Assembly (NCBI GenBank): GCA_049512935.1
Contig: JBEKWR010000011.1
Coordinates: forward strand, 17,406 to 81,405
Origin: Candidatus Bathyarchaeia archaeon
Lineage (GTDB): Archaea; Thermoproteota; Bathyarchaeia; Bathyarchaeales; Bathycorpusculaceae
Reading direction: 5' to 3'
DNA: 64,000 bases
The position numbers and the translations under genes were made by a program. The notes below the pieces were generated by a model. It saw nothing but the letters and a program-made list of their open reading frames with translations, was not told the DNA's origin and made no database searches. Every line of letters begins with the position of its first letter. Position 1 is the first letter of the stretch. Below are positions 1-9,917 of the stretch, piece after piece.

Positions 1-284
1 TCGCCCGTGTGCATGCCGCAGTCTCCGTTGACGACGATTTCGCCGCTTGTCATGCATTGGCCGATGCGTTTGACTTTGCCGCAGTCGCCGTTGATGGTGA
101 TGTCTGGGGTTTCAGCGTTGTCCTTGGTTATTTCGAAGAGGTTGCATAGTTTCAGCTGCTGGTTTCCCTCGGTTGCGGGGAGATTTGCGATTTCAGCGAT
201 GGTTTTGCCTTTGAAGACGTCTGGGCTGATGCAAGCCGCTTGGACGGGCACCTCGAATTTTCGGAGGGGTCTTAGAGTTATCAT
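1..284 (-). CDS. fwdC: Formylmethanofuran dehydrogenase subunit C (partial, runs off window)
   Basis: Manual translation from ATG 284: MITLRPLRKFEVPVQAACISPDVF...ITINGDCGKVKRIGQCMTSGEIVVNGDCGMHTG (GXGXG beta-helix repeats); directly follows fwdA. Confidence 0.9.
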   Translation of the reverse strand, partial: MITLRPLRKFEVPVQAACISPDVFKGKTIAEIANLPATEGNQQLKLCNLFEITKDNAETPDITINGDCGKVKRIGQCMTSGEIVVNGDCGMHTG

Positions 285-288
285 TTTT

Positions 289-1986
289 TTACACCGTTGC
301 CTTTATGGTTAGTTTTTCTGGGACTTTCAGGTAGTGATCGAACACTGGGTAGTTGTCGTATTCGATGGTCCAGTACTCACGGAATTTGCGTTTCATTTCC
401 TCGTCGATGATGCACGGCTCCTTTGTTTGCACGTCAAGCCACATGGTTCTGCCGCTGGCTTCGCCGACGACTTTGCCGTCTTTAACCACGATTTTTCCAT
501 CCTTGATGGTGTAGGCTGCATGCTTGAAGGCTTTGCGCACAGGCTTAAAGTCGACGGCTATGTCGGTTGTTTCAGGGTTAATGTTATAGATTGCAACGTC
601 CGCGTCTGCGCCGACGCCGAGGTGCCCCTTGTTTTTGAGCCCTAAAGCTTTGGCTTGCCCCGCCCGGGTCATGATTGCAAGCTCGTAAAGTGTGAGTTCC
701 CTGTCGATTGAGGGCAGCAGACTCTTTTTCTGGGCTTTCTTGTTGCAGTGATTCAGTGTTGCCGTCCGTGCCTTCTTGCTGTAAAGCCAGGCGAGGATCC
801 GCGGGTAAGCAAAGAATGGTCCTGCGTTGGGGTGGTCGGTTGTCAGGAAGATTTTCCACGGGTCCTTAACCAGCAACGCCAGCTCTAAGCCGATTGACCA
901 CTGTGTCGCGTTTACGGCGTTGTTTTTCTTGTATTGGAAGGGGATGATGCCGCCGCTTGTCTCGGTTTCTACGTCGCTGTTGACCCATTTGTGCCCGCTT
1001 AGCTCGTAGAGCGTGAACTCGAAGGGTCCGTCAGCGGTCATGGTTGTGGTGTCGGTGAATATGATTTGTCCCATGTCCACGGTCATGTGAGTGTGGGCGT
1101 TGAGGTAGCTGCTAATTTCCTCCGCCGCCGATTTAAAGTGGCTCCAGCCGTCACCTGCGAAACTGCTGAACTGCAAGTGCGTAATGTGCGCTACGGGTTT
1201 GCCGTCCGTGGACAAGTCTTCAAGCGCCCTCATCGTGTCCAAGGTTGTCGTGTAGTTTCCCGGCAGCCCCAGATTGTTGGTGTGAAGATGAATCGTGTGA
1301 GGCAGGTTAAGCATCTTGTTGACTTTCACTAAGCCACGCATGATTTCGCGCGGTGTGATGCCGAAGTTCGGCACTTGGTCGTCGATGCTGTGGACGTTAT
1401 GCCCAAAGCCCCAAGACTCCAAGCCGCCTGGGTTAACGATTTTTATCGCGTACCCCTTGGTGGTGTCCAGCATCCACGCTACGTGACGCGCGCACTCTTC
1501 GATGTTGCCTTTGGCGAGGTTTTCAAGCACGAACCACCAGTCGCCCAGCAGCGGGTAAGTGGCTTTGTCCACGAGCGGGATGTCGTTGAGTTCTTCATGC
1601 GTGTGCTTCGCTTCAAGCGGCGCCATCGACGGGTTCATGATTGTCGTGTAACCCATGTGTGAGTAGCGGTAGCCAGTGACGAACGTTGACGGGATCGAGT
1701 AGCCCGTGCCTGACCTTGTCATCGCGGTTTTGCGCACGACGTCTTTGACGTGGTCTTCAGGACGTACGATTCTGCCCGTGTTAACTTCGGCGCCTGCAAC
1801 GTGAGTGTGAATGTCTACGCCGCCAGGCATGACTGTTAAGCCTGTAGCGTCAATCACTTGGGCTTTGCTGGATACTTTTTTGACGATTTTGCCGTTCTTG
1901 ATGGCTATGTCCATTTTTTCTCCGTTGATCCCGTTTAGGGGGTCGAAGACGAATCCGTTTTTTATGATTAATTCAGTCATTTGCAA
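289..1986 (-). CDS. fwdA: Formylmethanofuran dehydrogenase subunit A
   Basis: Amidohydrolase motifs DIHTH, KIVNPGG, HLHTNNLG, TTDHPN; operon context. Confidence 0.95.
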   Translation of the reverse strand: MQMTELIIKNGFVFDPLNGINGEKMDIAIKNGKIVKKVSSKAQVIDATGLTVMPGGVDIHTHVAGAEVNTGRIVRPEDHVKDVVRKTAMTRSGTGYSIPSTFVTGYRYSHMGYTTIMNPSMAPLEAKHTHEELNDIPLVDKATYPLLGDWWFVLENLAKGNIEECARHVAWMLDTTKGYAIKIVNPGGLESWGFGHNVHSIDDQVPNFGITPREIMRGLVKVNKMLNLPHTIHLHTNNLGLPGNYTTTLDTMRALEDLSTDGKPVAHITHLQFSSFAGDGWSHFKSAAEEISSYLNAHTHMTVDMGQIIFTDTTTMTADGPFEFTLYELSGHKWVNSDVETETSGGIIPFQYKKNNAVNATQWSIGLELALLVKDPWKIFLTTDHPNAGPFFAYPRILAWLYSKKARTATLNHCNKKAQKKSLLPSIDRELTLYELAIMTRAGQAKALGLKNKGHLGVGADADVAIYNINPETTDIAVDFKPVRKAFKHAAYTIKDGKIVVKDGKVVGEASGRTMWLDVQTKEPCIIDEEMKRKFREYWTIEYDNYPVFDHYLKVPEKLTIKATV

Positions 1987-3464
1987 ACCGCCTCAACTTC
2001 AACTTCTTTCTCCGCTTTCTGCGCTTTGATTAATCGGACTTCCTCAAGGATTCTCTTTAGGAGCTCCTCGTCGTTGAGGATTCCCGGCGGTGGCTCCACA
2101 ACTTTCCGTAACATTATTGGCACGTGATCCATGCGGTAAGCTGAGCCCTCGTATTCTATTCCACACCACTGTGTTGGAAACACCACGTCGCCAAGCCGTG
2201 AGATAGCGTTCATGTCAGGGTTAATCGTGATTAACGGGTGCTTCAGCATATTTTGCATGGCTACCTTCGGAAAGTTCGCACCTGGATCTGACGAAATAAC
2301 CAGTGTTGCGTCGTTGTCGCCGCGTCTTAACAGGTCGATGGCTGTGAATTCCCCTGGATTGTATTGTGGGTACCCTTGTGAAAAGTCAATAGCATAGGGG
2401 TAACCTGTTGACCACGCGAAAACCACGTTTGCGCCTGTAACATTGAAGTGCCCCCGCATAGGCGAGATTACAAATTTGGTTTTTCTGTTAAGGTCCCGCG
2501 TTAACGCAATTGCTATTTCGATGTTTCTGAACCTGCCAGCGCTTTGAGTTAAGCCAAGACCGAAGAAAATGACTCCGAAGTCGCAGTTCACCATTGCGTC
2601 GGTCACTTCTTTGAGGTATTCGACAGGGACACCGCCAACTTGGTCAACGTCGAGTTCTTGATCAACTACTAAACATCTCATGGCGTCAAGTATTTCATAG
2701 TCTTTGTTTGGTTGAACTTGAATGAAGTAGTCAGCTGCCTCGGCAGTCATGGTTTTTCTTACGTCGACAACGATCAGTTTACGCCCCAGCTTCTGCATAG
2801 CCTGTGGCGGTGCACCTACAGTGCATGCTTGTGGAGCAATTGGAGGTTTATAGCCCTCTAATATTCGTCGCGAGACTGCTTCTAATTTTTTCTTGCTTTG
2901 GGTACCTTTTAGTTTTTCCAGGTAACTTTTCCATTCGCTGTCTTCGAAGCGTCCGTCAGTGAAACTGGTGTATCTTTCAAGATGTCTTGGATGTGAAGAC
3001 CATGGGTCGCATGCCCAGTAAACTATTAGGTCTGCACGATGTCTGATTTGACCAAGAGTGCATGAGGGGATACCGATTTCCTGTGTTGCCATAACCGATG
3101 GTCCGTGGCAAACGCTGCAACAGTTATCTAAGGCTGAGCCTAATTCTTCGGCTAATTGGACGCCGATGCGCTGCGCTTCGCAGGTTGAACTGCTCCAACC
3201 GAACAGCAACGGGTACTTTGCGTCTGTGAGAATTTGGGCTGCTTTGTGTACCGCTTCATCCATTGACACGGGAACTAACTTGCCGTCTTTTCGTATCAGG
3301 GGTTTTAGAATTCGCTCGTCGCTCTTGTACCCGTGGACCATTTTAGCTTCACATTGGGCGCAGCCGTTCTTCATTTTGACGATTTCGTTGTTTTCCACTG
3401 TTACTTCCAGGTCATCACATAGGCAACCGCATATTGGGCAAACAACTGATTTTATTTCTGTCAT
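1977..3464 (-). CDS. fwdB: Formylmethanofuran dehydrogenase subunit B (Mo/W-pterin)
   Basis: CPICGCLCDD Fe-S motif, SVCHGP (Cys ligand), MRGHFNV, AYRMD. Confidence 0.95.
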   Translation of the reverse strand: MTEIKSVVCPICGCLCDDLEVTVENNEIVKMKNGCAQCEAKMVHGYKSDERILKPLIRKDGKLVPVSMDEAVHKAAQILTDAKYPLLFGWSSSTCEAQRIGVQLAEELGSALDNCCSVCHGPSVMATQEIGIPSCTLGQIRHRADLIVYWACDPWSSHPRHLERYTSFTDGRFEDSEWKSYLEKLKGTQSKKKLEAVSRRILEGYKPPIAPQACTVGAPPQAMQKLGRKLIVVDVRKTMTAEAADYFIQVQPNKDYEILDAMRCLVVDQELDVDQVGGVPVEYLKEVTDAMVNCDFGVIFFGLGLTQSAGRFRNIEIAIALTRDLNRKTKFVISPMRGHFNVTGANVVFAWSTGYPYAIDFSQGYPQYNPGEFTAIDLLRRGDNDATLVISSDPGANFPKVAMQNMLKHPLITINPDMNAISRLGDVVFPTQWCGIEYEGSAYRMDHVPIMLRKVVEPPPGILNDEELLKRILEEVRLIKAQKAEKEVEVEAVCK

Positions 3465-3469
3465 GACAA

Positions 3470-3871
3470 TTACCTTCCATACTCCAGTTTTAAAAGTTCA
3501 TCCAAGGTCAAGACAGGCTCGTCGGGGGCGGGTTCAACGTCAACCATGAAGCCTTTGTACAGGGGCATGCCCATGCCGAAGGTTTCATCTCCGCATACGG
3601 CGTTCGCCCACAAACCGCAAGGGATGAAGACCAAGCCAGGGTTGCAGCCGTAGGGGTTCTTAGCTGCTTTAACGATGACTGAACCGTACTTTGAAGTGAC
3701 TTTAACGTTTGTGTGGCTTTTTATGCCTAGTTTTTTCATGTCAGCTTCATCAATAATGCAGATTGAGGAGCTATCAGAGTATTCTTTGGAGCCTTTCCCC
3801 ATCTCTTTCCCCACGCCTTGATCGATCGTTCTACCTGTAATCAGAATAACGCGCAGTTTCTGCTCTACCAT
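3470..3871 (-). CDS. fwdD: Formylmethanofuran dehydrogenase subunit D
   Basis: LITGRTIDQG, VFIPCGLWAN, GMPLYKG; first gene of the operon. Confidence 0.93.
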   Translation of the reverse strand: MVEQKLRVILITGRTIDQGVGKEMGKGSKEYSDSSSICIIDEADMKKLGIKSHTNVKVTSKYGSVIVKAAKNPYGCNPGLVFIPCGLWANAVCGDETFGMGMPLYKGFMVDVEPAPDEPVLTLDELLKLEYGR

Positions 3872-4060
3872 GCCTAAGACCTACCCAATAGAAATTTATA
3901 GAGTTATATTTAAAATTAAGTTAAATAAAAGTGTAAAATCCACCTGTAACTCGGCAGATGACATCAATTTAATCAATCCCTGAGCCGCTTAGATTCTCCT
4001 GAAGGAAAGTTTTCCTCAAAATTTAGCAGAAATATGCCGTTTTGCGACGGGTTCTGGTTT

Positions 4061-4101
4061 GTCAAGGTTTCTGGACTAAACCCCAGTCAAGGTTTGTTGA
4101 C
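4061..4101. promoter_or_regulatory. Pair of imperfect palindromes GTCAA-N6-TTGAC (putative operator)
   Basis: gtcaaggtttctggac (4061) and gtcaaggtttgttgac (4086); a similar pair lies at 8890/8925. Confidence 0.45.
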
Positions 4102-4187
4102 AAAAACCTATTTATGAAAACCTAGCTGAGAGATAGGCTGACTGCGAGTCTGACATTGAAAGTTGGAAGCCTCTGAGAGCGATTAAA

Positions 4188-5468
4188 GTGTTCGGCATAA
4201 AGAAAGCCTTCGTTATCTTCATCGTGTGCCTGATGATCATAGGTATGTTTCTCGACCAACCCGTAAAGGCCCAAGCCCAAATCAACATAACAATCAGCCC
4301 AAACGGGAGCCTAAGTCCGTTGACAGCGCCGGTAAAGCAAACAGGTGACATTTACGAGCTGACAAGAAATTTGGAGGGAACCATAACAATAGAAAGAAAC
4401 AACACGGTCCTCAATGGAAACGGATATGACGTTTACGGGGAATGCGAGGTTAACGACTTTAACTACGTTTTCGTTACTCCCCCAGTGGGCTCCTCGATTA
4501 TTTCAAACGTAACCATTGAGAACTTGACGGTTTTCGGGAGCTACACGGGGTGCCTGATTGGCATTGAATTAAGCGATGCCGCGCATTCGAAAGTTATCAA
4601 CGACACTGTTGCTGGAGTTACGAGCCTGCTTGCAATGAACGGTGAGTTCTATTGTGGAGTCGACGTCGAGGGCGGAGGCTCAAACGTCATATCTGGGAAC
4701 ACCTTGCTGAATGATCTCACTGGCACCTCGTTCTCTGAAACTCAACACAACCTTGTTGTCGACAACATCATTCTGGATAACGCAAGCAGTGGGGGCCTTG
4801 GCAGTTGCTGTATTTCATTCTGGAATGCCTCTAACAACATGATATACCATAACGACTTTATCGACAACATCACATATGGCGTGCAGGCTTGCGACGGCGC
4901 TTGGCCTGGTCTTGGAAGCCCCGATTCAAACAACACATGGGATGACGGTTACCCTAACGGCGGGAACTATTGGGGCGACTACTGGAAGCAGAACCCCGAC
5001 GCTGGCGAAGTGTACAATTCGGGAATCCTCAACATGCCCTACGTCATCGACCCGAAGAACAAGGATTTGTACCCTCTCCAAAACCCGTTTAACGCGACCC
5101 TGTACGCGCTGGAGACGGTTCCGCCGAAAATATCCATCCTGTCACCGCTAAGCATGGCGTACAAGGAATCCACCGTGGCTTTGGTTTTCACCGTGGATAA
5201 AGCCGCCACGCGGATGGGTTACAGCTTGGATGGAAAGCAAACCGTACCCGTAACTGGCAACGTCACCGTAGCCAACATGACGAACGGGTTGCACAGCCTT
5301 ACGGTTTACGCTAACGACACGTTCGGCGACATCGGCTCCGCAACCGTCAACTTCACCATTGCGAAGCCAGTGTCCTTCCCGACCGTGCCCGTCGCCGCCG
5401 CTTCAGCCGCATCGGCAATCGCCATCATCGTAGGCTTAGCCTTTTACTTCAAAAAACGCCGTCGCTAA
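4188..5468 (+). CDS. NosD/parallel beta-helix surface protein with C-terminal membrane anchor
   Basis: Signal peptide, beta-helix repeats, IYHNDFIDN...WDDGYPNGGNYW, C-terminal TM followed by KKRRR. Confidence 0.8.
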   Translation: MFGIKKAFVIFIVCLMIIGMFLDQPVKAQAQINITISPNGSLSPLTAPVKQTGDIYELTRNLEGTITIERNNTVLNGNGYDVYGECEVNDFNYVFVTPPVGSSIISNVTIENLTVFGSYTGCLIGIELSDAAHSKVINDTVAGVTSLLAMNGEFYCGVDVEGGGSNVISGNTLLNDLTGTSFSETQHNLVVDNIILDNASSGGLGSCCISFWNASNNMIYHNDFIDNITYGVQACDGAWPGLGSPDSNNTWDDGYPNGGNYWGDYWKQNPDAGEVYNSGILNMPYVIDPKNKDLYPLQNPFNATLYALETVPPKISILSPLSMAYKESTVALVFTVDKAATRMGYSLDGKQTVPVTGNVTVANMTNGLHSLTVYANDTFGDIGSATVNFTIAKPVSFPTVPVAAASAASAIAIIVGLAFYFKKRRR

Positions 5469-5610
5469 GGCTTGCCTGTTTGGCATTTCGAGATGCGCCT
5501 ATCTGGATCATCTGGAAAACTGGTAGGGTAGAAGGGACGGAAATGTTTTTGTTGGGTTCGTCGGTACTTTACTAAGTAAAGTTATTAAGCTTAATGCAGC
5601 CATATGATTA

Positions 5611-6258
5611 ATGAAGCTGGTTTCAATGGATTTGGTTTCTCTAACGCCCCAGGGTCGAATCCTGCTGACTCTGGCTCATGGGCAGCACACGTATGCAGAG
5701 CTGAAGGCTGAGTCTGGGCTCAGCGACAGATGGCTAACCATAAAGCTTCAGGAACTTGTTGCTGACGGCTCCGTTGCGAAAGATGGAAGATGGTACAGGG
5801 TATGCGAAGGAGCGAAAGTTTCAGCTTACGAGTTAAGTCTTTTCATGCGGGGTCAGGCGCAGCGAGTTGCTGCTGAGCTTGGAAAGCTGCCGCTGGTGGA
5901 GCTCGTTGTGCTTTTCGGGAGTGTAGCTCAACGGAAGGCGGAGCAATACAGCGACATTGACCTTCTAATAGTCGCGGCTGACACTGGTGAAAAATCACGC
6001 GGGATGATTGTGAATGAATTAAGGCGGCTTGAATCAACCTTTCATTTTGCAATCGAATCCCTGATATTGTCAGAGCAAGATTTCGCCAAAAACTTACGGA
6101 CGGCAGAGGGAGGAATCATTTTTGGTTTAGCTGAGGGCTTCGAGGTTTTGCTGGATCGAAAAGCCAACTTAAGTGATATGCTGCAAAGTCGGGTGCAGGA
6201 GATATTGAGCAGTTTCACTCGCCTAGACGAGGAAGCAATATGGTTGAAAGCAAAGTAA
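5611..6258 (+). CDS. wHTH-fused minimal nucleotidyltransferase (MNT antitoxin)
   Basis: LFGSVA...YSDIDLLIV motif; N-terminal HTH; overlaps the HEPN gene. Confidence 0.85.
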   Translation: MKLVSMDLVSLTPQGRILLTLAHGQHTYAELKAESGLSDRWLTIKLQELVADGSVAKDGRWYRVCEGAKVSAYELSLFMRGQAQRVAAELGKLPLVELVVLFGSVAQRKAEQYSDIDLLIVAADTGEKSRGMIVNELRRLESTFHFAIESLILSEQDFAKNLRTAEGGIIFGLAEGFEVLLDRKANLSDMLQSRVQEILSSFTRLDEEAIWLKAK

Positions 6259-6671
6259 GCGTTCTGATGAGAATTTCGGAAGCTAACCTGGCAAAGGCTG
6301 AGAAGCGCTTCAAGGATTCAGAGTTTGACTCGGCCGTTTTTCATGCGTCGATGGCGGTTGAGACGGCGGCTAACGCGATGATTCTCCGCTTAGGCGGCAG
6401 TGAAGCAAGAGACCATCGGGCGATAAGTGGGTTGGCGGCGGTTTTGAGGCGGGTGAAACCTGAGTTGCTTCAAAAGTTTGAGTTCAGGCAGTTGATTGAG
6501 AAAGGGTCAGACATTCAACGGGAAGTCGTCTACACTCGTTACCCGATAAGTACGGGCGGCAAATGGGTTACCCCCATGGAGTACTACAGCCGTGAGAAGG
6601 CTAAGGCGGTGCTCGAGAACGCTAAACTTGTTTGCGGCATCATCGAGAAGTACCTTGAAGAAAACAATTAA
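6240..6671 (+). CDS. HEPN domain protein (toxin partner of MNT)
   Basis: AVFHASMAVE, RDH, YTRYP motifs. Confidence 0.85.
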   Translation: MVESKVSVLMRISEANLAKAEKRFKDSEFDSAVFHASMAVETAANAMILRLGGSEARDHRAISGLAAVLRRVKPELLQKFEFRQLIEKGSDIQREVVYTRYPISTGGKWVTPMEYYSREKAKAVLENAKLVCGIIEKYLEENN

Positions 6672-6834
6672 TCAATTTGTCTCGGGGTATTCCTTCGAAA
6701 ATGCGAGGAGAAAAATGGGAAAAGAAACCAAAAGCTTAACCTACAGGACAAAACAGCACAATCAATTAATGGTTAGCTTAGTTTTTCATCGCACATGGGA
6801 CAGTGAATAGGAAGCTTCTTTTGCAGATGCAGCA

Positions 6835-7143
6835 CTAAATCCAAAGTGACGGCTTTTGACGGGCATCTGTTACATCGGGTTCCATTATGTCGGCAGCTCG
6901 CTGTAAGACCTGCTTGGTTAGATCCATGCAAATAGTCGGCGCTTTCAGGTGAACCGCTGCCACGTCGCCCTTTGGCTGCGTTCTGTGCGTGCTTACGTGA
7001 TGGTTGATTTCTTCGATCATTTCTCCCAAAGTTGGAACCATAGGGATTTTTTCGCCGCACTCCGGGCACCTTATGTATTTGATTTGGGTTTGTTCGTTCC
7101 CGTTTTCTTTGGTTGCTGGGTTATTTTCTGAGTTAGTTATCAT
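6835..7143 (-). CDS. Small zinc-finger protein
   Basis: IRCPECGEKI...NHHVSTH; ATG at 7143. Confidence 0.6.
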   Translation of the reverse strand: MITNSENNPATKENGNEQTQIKYIRCPECGEKIPMVPTLGEMIEEINHHVSTHRTQPKGDVAAVHLKAPTICMDLTKQVLQRAADIMEPDVTDARQKPSLWI

Positions 7144-7397
7144 GGGCAGACGCCTTGCACGTAAAGGGGCTGAATCGGGGTTTAAGCGCTTATAATATGC
7201 GGGTATAGTTGCGAAGACTATCTTGGCTGCTTTTTCCAAATTTGAGTTCCTTGCGCTCGCACTTATTTGTGCATCTTGCGGCTGGGATTACCCGGATTTG
7301 CATGTTTCATGCCTAAAAAATTAACGGCTAATCTGGATGCAGATAGCTGAATTGGAGGCAGAACAGAGAAATGGACTCGAATGAAGGCCTAACGAGC

Positions 7398-7685
7398 CTA
7401 AGTAGTCCCGAATTGCTCCAGTACTTGCCGTCCAAAATCCGTGATTTCCACTGCGTAAAACTTGTAAGGCGCCAAATTCTTCAAGGCGTCAGGTATATTC
7501 ACCAGCAAAGACTTTGCCAGACTCCTAACGGCTTCATTTATCTCATCTGGAAGTAACCCTGTTTTTTTGTGAATTAATTCGCCTTTCACCAGTTCACCCT
7601 TATCAAATTCCGCCAAGGCTTCCAGAACTTTTTTGGCTTCCATATCAATCATGTTGAAATCTTCAAGGTCAAAATTTTCAGACAT
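7398..7685 (-). CDS. Small winged-helix-like hypothetical protein
   Basis: IHKKTGLLPDEINEAVRSL...VEITDFGRQVL resembles a wHTH. Confidence 0.55.
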   Translation of the reverse strand: MSENFDLEDFNMIDMEAKKVLEALAEFDKGELVKGELIHKKTGLLPDEINEAVRSLAKSLLVNIPDALKNLAPYKFYAVEITDFGRQVLEQFGTT

Positions 7686-7859
7686 TTGAAAAACCCTGTT
7701 TAAACTTATGCATTATCCCTTAAAAACTCTTTGAAAAGCTCTGGGTAGCCAGATTAGGTCTACATTAATTTTTCACGGCACATCGGGCATTTAAGCGGGA
7801 GGCTCTTTTGCAGGTGGTTTTGTTCAACCATGCATGCGAAGCAAACTAGCAGGTAAGCG

Positions 7860-8147
7860 CTAAGAAGGGTTCTGTTTCGTTTCTTTGCTTGTTAGCAGTT
7901 TTATTATGAAGCAAGCATTTACTATCAAAAAGAAGACAAAGACGTAGAATGGGAAGTTAGCAATTGACATTGCAATTGGTACAATAACTTGACCTGTCGG
8001 TGCTGGTGCAATGGCAATGTTGGTAAGACTGTAGCTGTTTACTACTGAGCCGTTGATTTCTGAGAGCATCAATTGGCTGGAAAGATAAAGAAGCAAACCC
8101 ATAATGACATTGACACCGACAATGATAGCCGTAAATCTTTTTGTCAT
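7860..8147 (-). CDS. Array gene: small 2-TM membrane protein
   Basis: Two hydrophobic segments; ATG 6 nt from repeat R1. Confidence 0.7.
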   Translation of the reverse strand: MTKRFTAIIVGVNVIMGLLLYLSSQLMLSEINGSVVNSYSLTNIAIAPAPTGQVIVPIAMSIANFPFYVFVFFLIVNACFIIKLLTSKETKQNPS

Positions 8148-8153
8148 GTTAGT

Positions 8154-8256
8154 CTATCTCTAACGCTTTTCAGATTTAAGACTTATCTACCCTCTAATAG
8201 CGAAATTCCTAACCCTCGAATGTATTCGGTCATAGCCCTAACCGTTTAATGTACTT
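8154..8256 (-). repeat. Array repeat R1 (core 8154-8184 plus long extension)
   Basis: + strand ctatctctaacgcttttcagatttaagactt followed by atctaccctctaatagcgaaattcctaaccctcgaatgtattcgg... Confidence 0.9.
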
Positions 8257-8278
8257 TGCAGAATAGAAAGAACAGTGA

Positions 8279-8851
8279 TTATGGGGAATTTGTCCATACT
8301 GGCGTTACAGTCCAGTTGGCGAGGACGCCTTCATGGTAGATATCTAGGTTAACAGTTGCGCATTGTCCAGCTGTTAAATTTCCAAGTTGTGTTGGACCAA
8401 TGTCATATCCTATGTCTGAAACAATCGCAGCGTCAGTTCCATAATTGTAACCGTTAACTAAAGGAACAGTCATGTTTATTGCTATGTGTCCCGAGGTGGC
8501 GTAGGCGATGACTTTTAATCCTGCGTTGTACGCTGTCATGTTTCCCACGTTAACTGCTGAACCTTGAATGAAAAGTCTCCAATAATCAGCACCGTATGCA
8601 TCAATCGAGTTCCCAACACCTATTTGAGCCACACCTAATTGAGCCGTGATTTTTGGGTTGGTTAATAGTGAGATTTGATTGTTCAAATTAGCTATCTCTG
8701 TATTTTGATTTGCTATTTGATTGTTCAGAGAAGCTATCTTAGAATTTTCTTGTTTGACTACACCGTTATAATAAACTATTGTTCCAGCAAGTGCACTTGC
8801 AAAGAGTATAGCAATAACTGTGGCGGACACCACTTTAATTTTGCTAACCAT
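8279..8851 (-). CDS. Array gene: membrane-anchored protein with coiled coil and Ig-like domain
   Basis: N-terminal TM, IASLNNQI heptad repeats, beta-rich C-terminus. Confidence 0.75.
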   Translation of the reverse strand: MVSKIKVVSATVIAILFASALAGTIVYYNGVVKQENSKIASLNNQIANQNTEIANLNNQISLLTNPKITAQLGVAQIGVGNSIDAYGADYWRLFIQGSAVNVGNMTAYNAGLKVIAYATSGHIAINMTVPLVNGYNYGTDAAIVSDIGYDIGPTQLGNLTAGQCATVNLDIYHEGVLANWTVTPVWTNSP

Positions 8852-8889
8852 ACTTGCCAATAAAATGTTTTTTCAATAAAAGCGTATTC

Positions 8890-8940
8890 GTCAAGATTCC
8901 TTGACTAAAAGCGTAACCCATCAAGTCAAAGTTTCTTGAC
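8890..8940. promoter_or_regulatory. Pair of GTCAA-N6-TTGAC palindromes
   Basis: gtcaagattccttgac (8890) and gtcaaagtttcttgac (8925). Confidence 0.5.
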
Positions 8941-8951
8941 TAAGAATTAGT

Positions 8952-8973
8952 CTATTTCTGCGCTTTCAGATTT
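8952..8973 (-). repeat. Array repeat R2 (truncated or degenerate)
   Basis: ctatttctgcgctttcagattt; lacks the aagactt end; encodes the last codons of ORF 8952-9188. Confidence 0.65.
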
Positions 8974-9188
8974 GCGATGTTTGCATCATGCCTTTTGATT
9001 TCTTGGTGCTCATGGTATCCTGCTATGGATGCTATAATCATTCCTGCAAACCAAATAATTATAATAAAGGGGCTGATGACGCCCGGTGGGTTAATATAAA
9101 AAATATAGTACAAAGAAGAAAAAAACAAAATTAGCCATACTACACCACAGATTATTAGAATTTTATTCCATTTTGTTATCTTTAACAC
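8952..9188 (-). CDS. Array gene: small 2-TM membrane protein
   Basis: Two TM segments; GTG start 11 nt from R3. Confidence 0.65.
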   Translation of the reverse strand: MLKITKWNKILIICGVVWLILFFSSLYYIFYINPPGVISPFIIIIWFAGMIIASIAGYHEHQEIKRHDANIANLKAQK

Positions 9189-9199
9189 CTTACCAGTTT

Positions 9200-9230
9200 C
9201 TTTATTCTACGCCATGCAGATTTAAGACTT
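9200..9230 (-). repeat. Array repeat R3
   Basis: ctttattctacgccatgcagatttaagactt. Confidence 0.9.
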
Positions 9231-9261
9231 GCTTTCTTGAATAGTGCAAAAAAACAAATCA

Positions 9262-9663
9262 TTAGGGGCTTGAGATTGGACCACCGTCAAATACTACATA
9301 TATTGCTTGGCGTGCTACATCGTACGAAACTATTGTAACGTATTCAGAAGTAATGAATTCATAATCTAAGTAATTAGTTGTATTACCATTAGGATTTAAT
9401 TGCCAATCGTCCTCTGCAGGTTCAGAAGTCCAGCCAACATATTGAGATTTTGGCTTAAAAACAGCTGTTAACACAAGGTGAGTAGTGCGAGGCGCTTCTG
9501 TGTATGTGAATCCAGCAAAGTAAAACCCAGTGTTACCCACTTTTTCGCCCTTATAAATAAGAGTTAATGATTTTGTTTGGTCAAAGCCCCAAACAATAAG
9601 TGCCGTTACAGTGACCAATACAACAACAATTTCCGCTATTTCATAATACTTGGATTTTTTCAT
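9262..9663 (-). CDS. Array gene: membrane-anchored hypothetical protein
   Basis: N-terminal TM; ATG 16 nt from R4. Confidence 0.7.
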   Translation of the reverse strand: MKKSKYYEIAEIVVVLVTVTALIVWGFDQTKSLTLIYKGEKVGNTGFYFAGFTYTEAPRTTHLVLTAVFKPKSQYVGWTSEPAEDDWQLNPNGNTTNYLDYEFITSEYVTIVSYDVARQAIYVVFDGGPISSP

Positions 9664-9679
9664 TCTATCTCTGATATTT

Positions 9680-9709
9680 CTATTTCTACGCTATGCAGAT
9701 TTAAGATTT
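9680..9709 (-). repeat. Array repeat R4
   Basis: ctatttctacgctatgcagatttaagattt. Confidence 0.92.
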
Positions 9710-9904
9710 TTTTGAGCCAAAAAATACCGTGAGACCGCCAGCAACCAGAAAAGCAATCGCGAGGGTAGCCACTATTAAAGAACCATAAAAGTTAGAAGAC
9801 ATGTTTCCAGTAGTCTTATACATCAATTCCCTTCCAGCAAAGTATGCAATAATGAGACCGTCAATTAACAACAATATTCCGAGACCGATAAGTGTTGATT
9901 TCAT
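9701..9904 (-). CDS. Array gene: 2-TM protein (paralog of 10416-10628)
   Basis: Ends GGLTVFFGSKKS*; stop codon lies inside R4. Confidence 0.7.
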   Translation of the reverse strand: MKSTLIGLGILLLIDGLIIAYFAGRELMYKTTGNMSSNFYGSLIVATLAIAFLVAGGLTVFFGSKKS

Positions 9905-9917
9905 TTCGGCTCAATTT

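Noticed and set aside
7-3549. Short + strand ORFs opposite the fwd genes, and similar shadow ORFs throughout the window
   Set aside because: They are antisense or alternate-frame shadows of well-supported genes.
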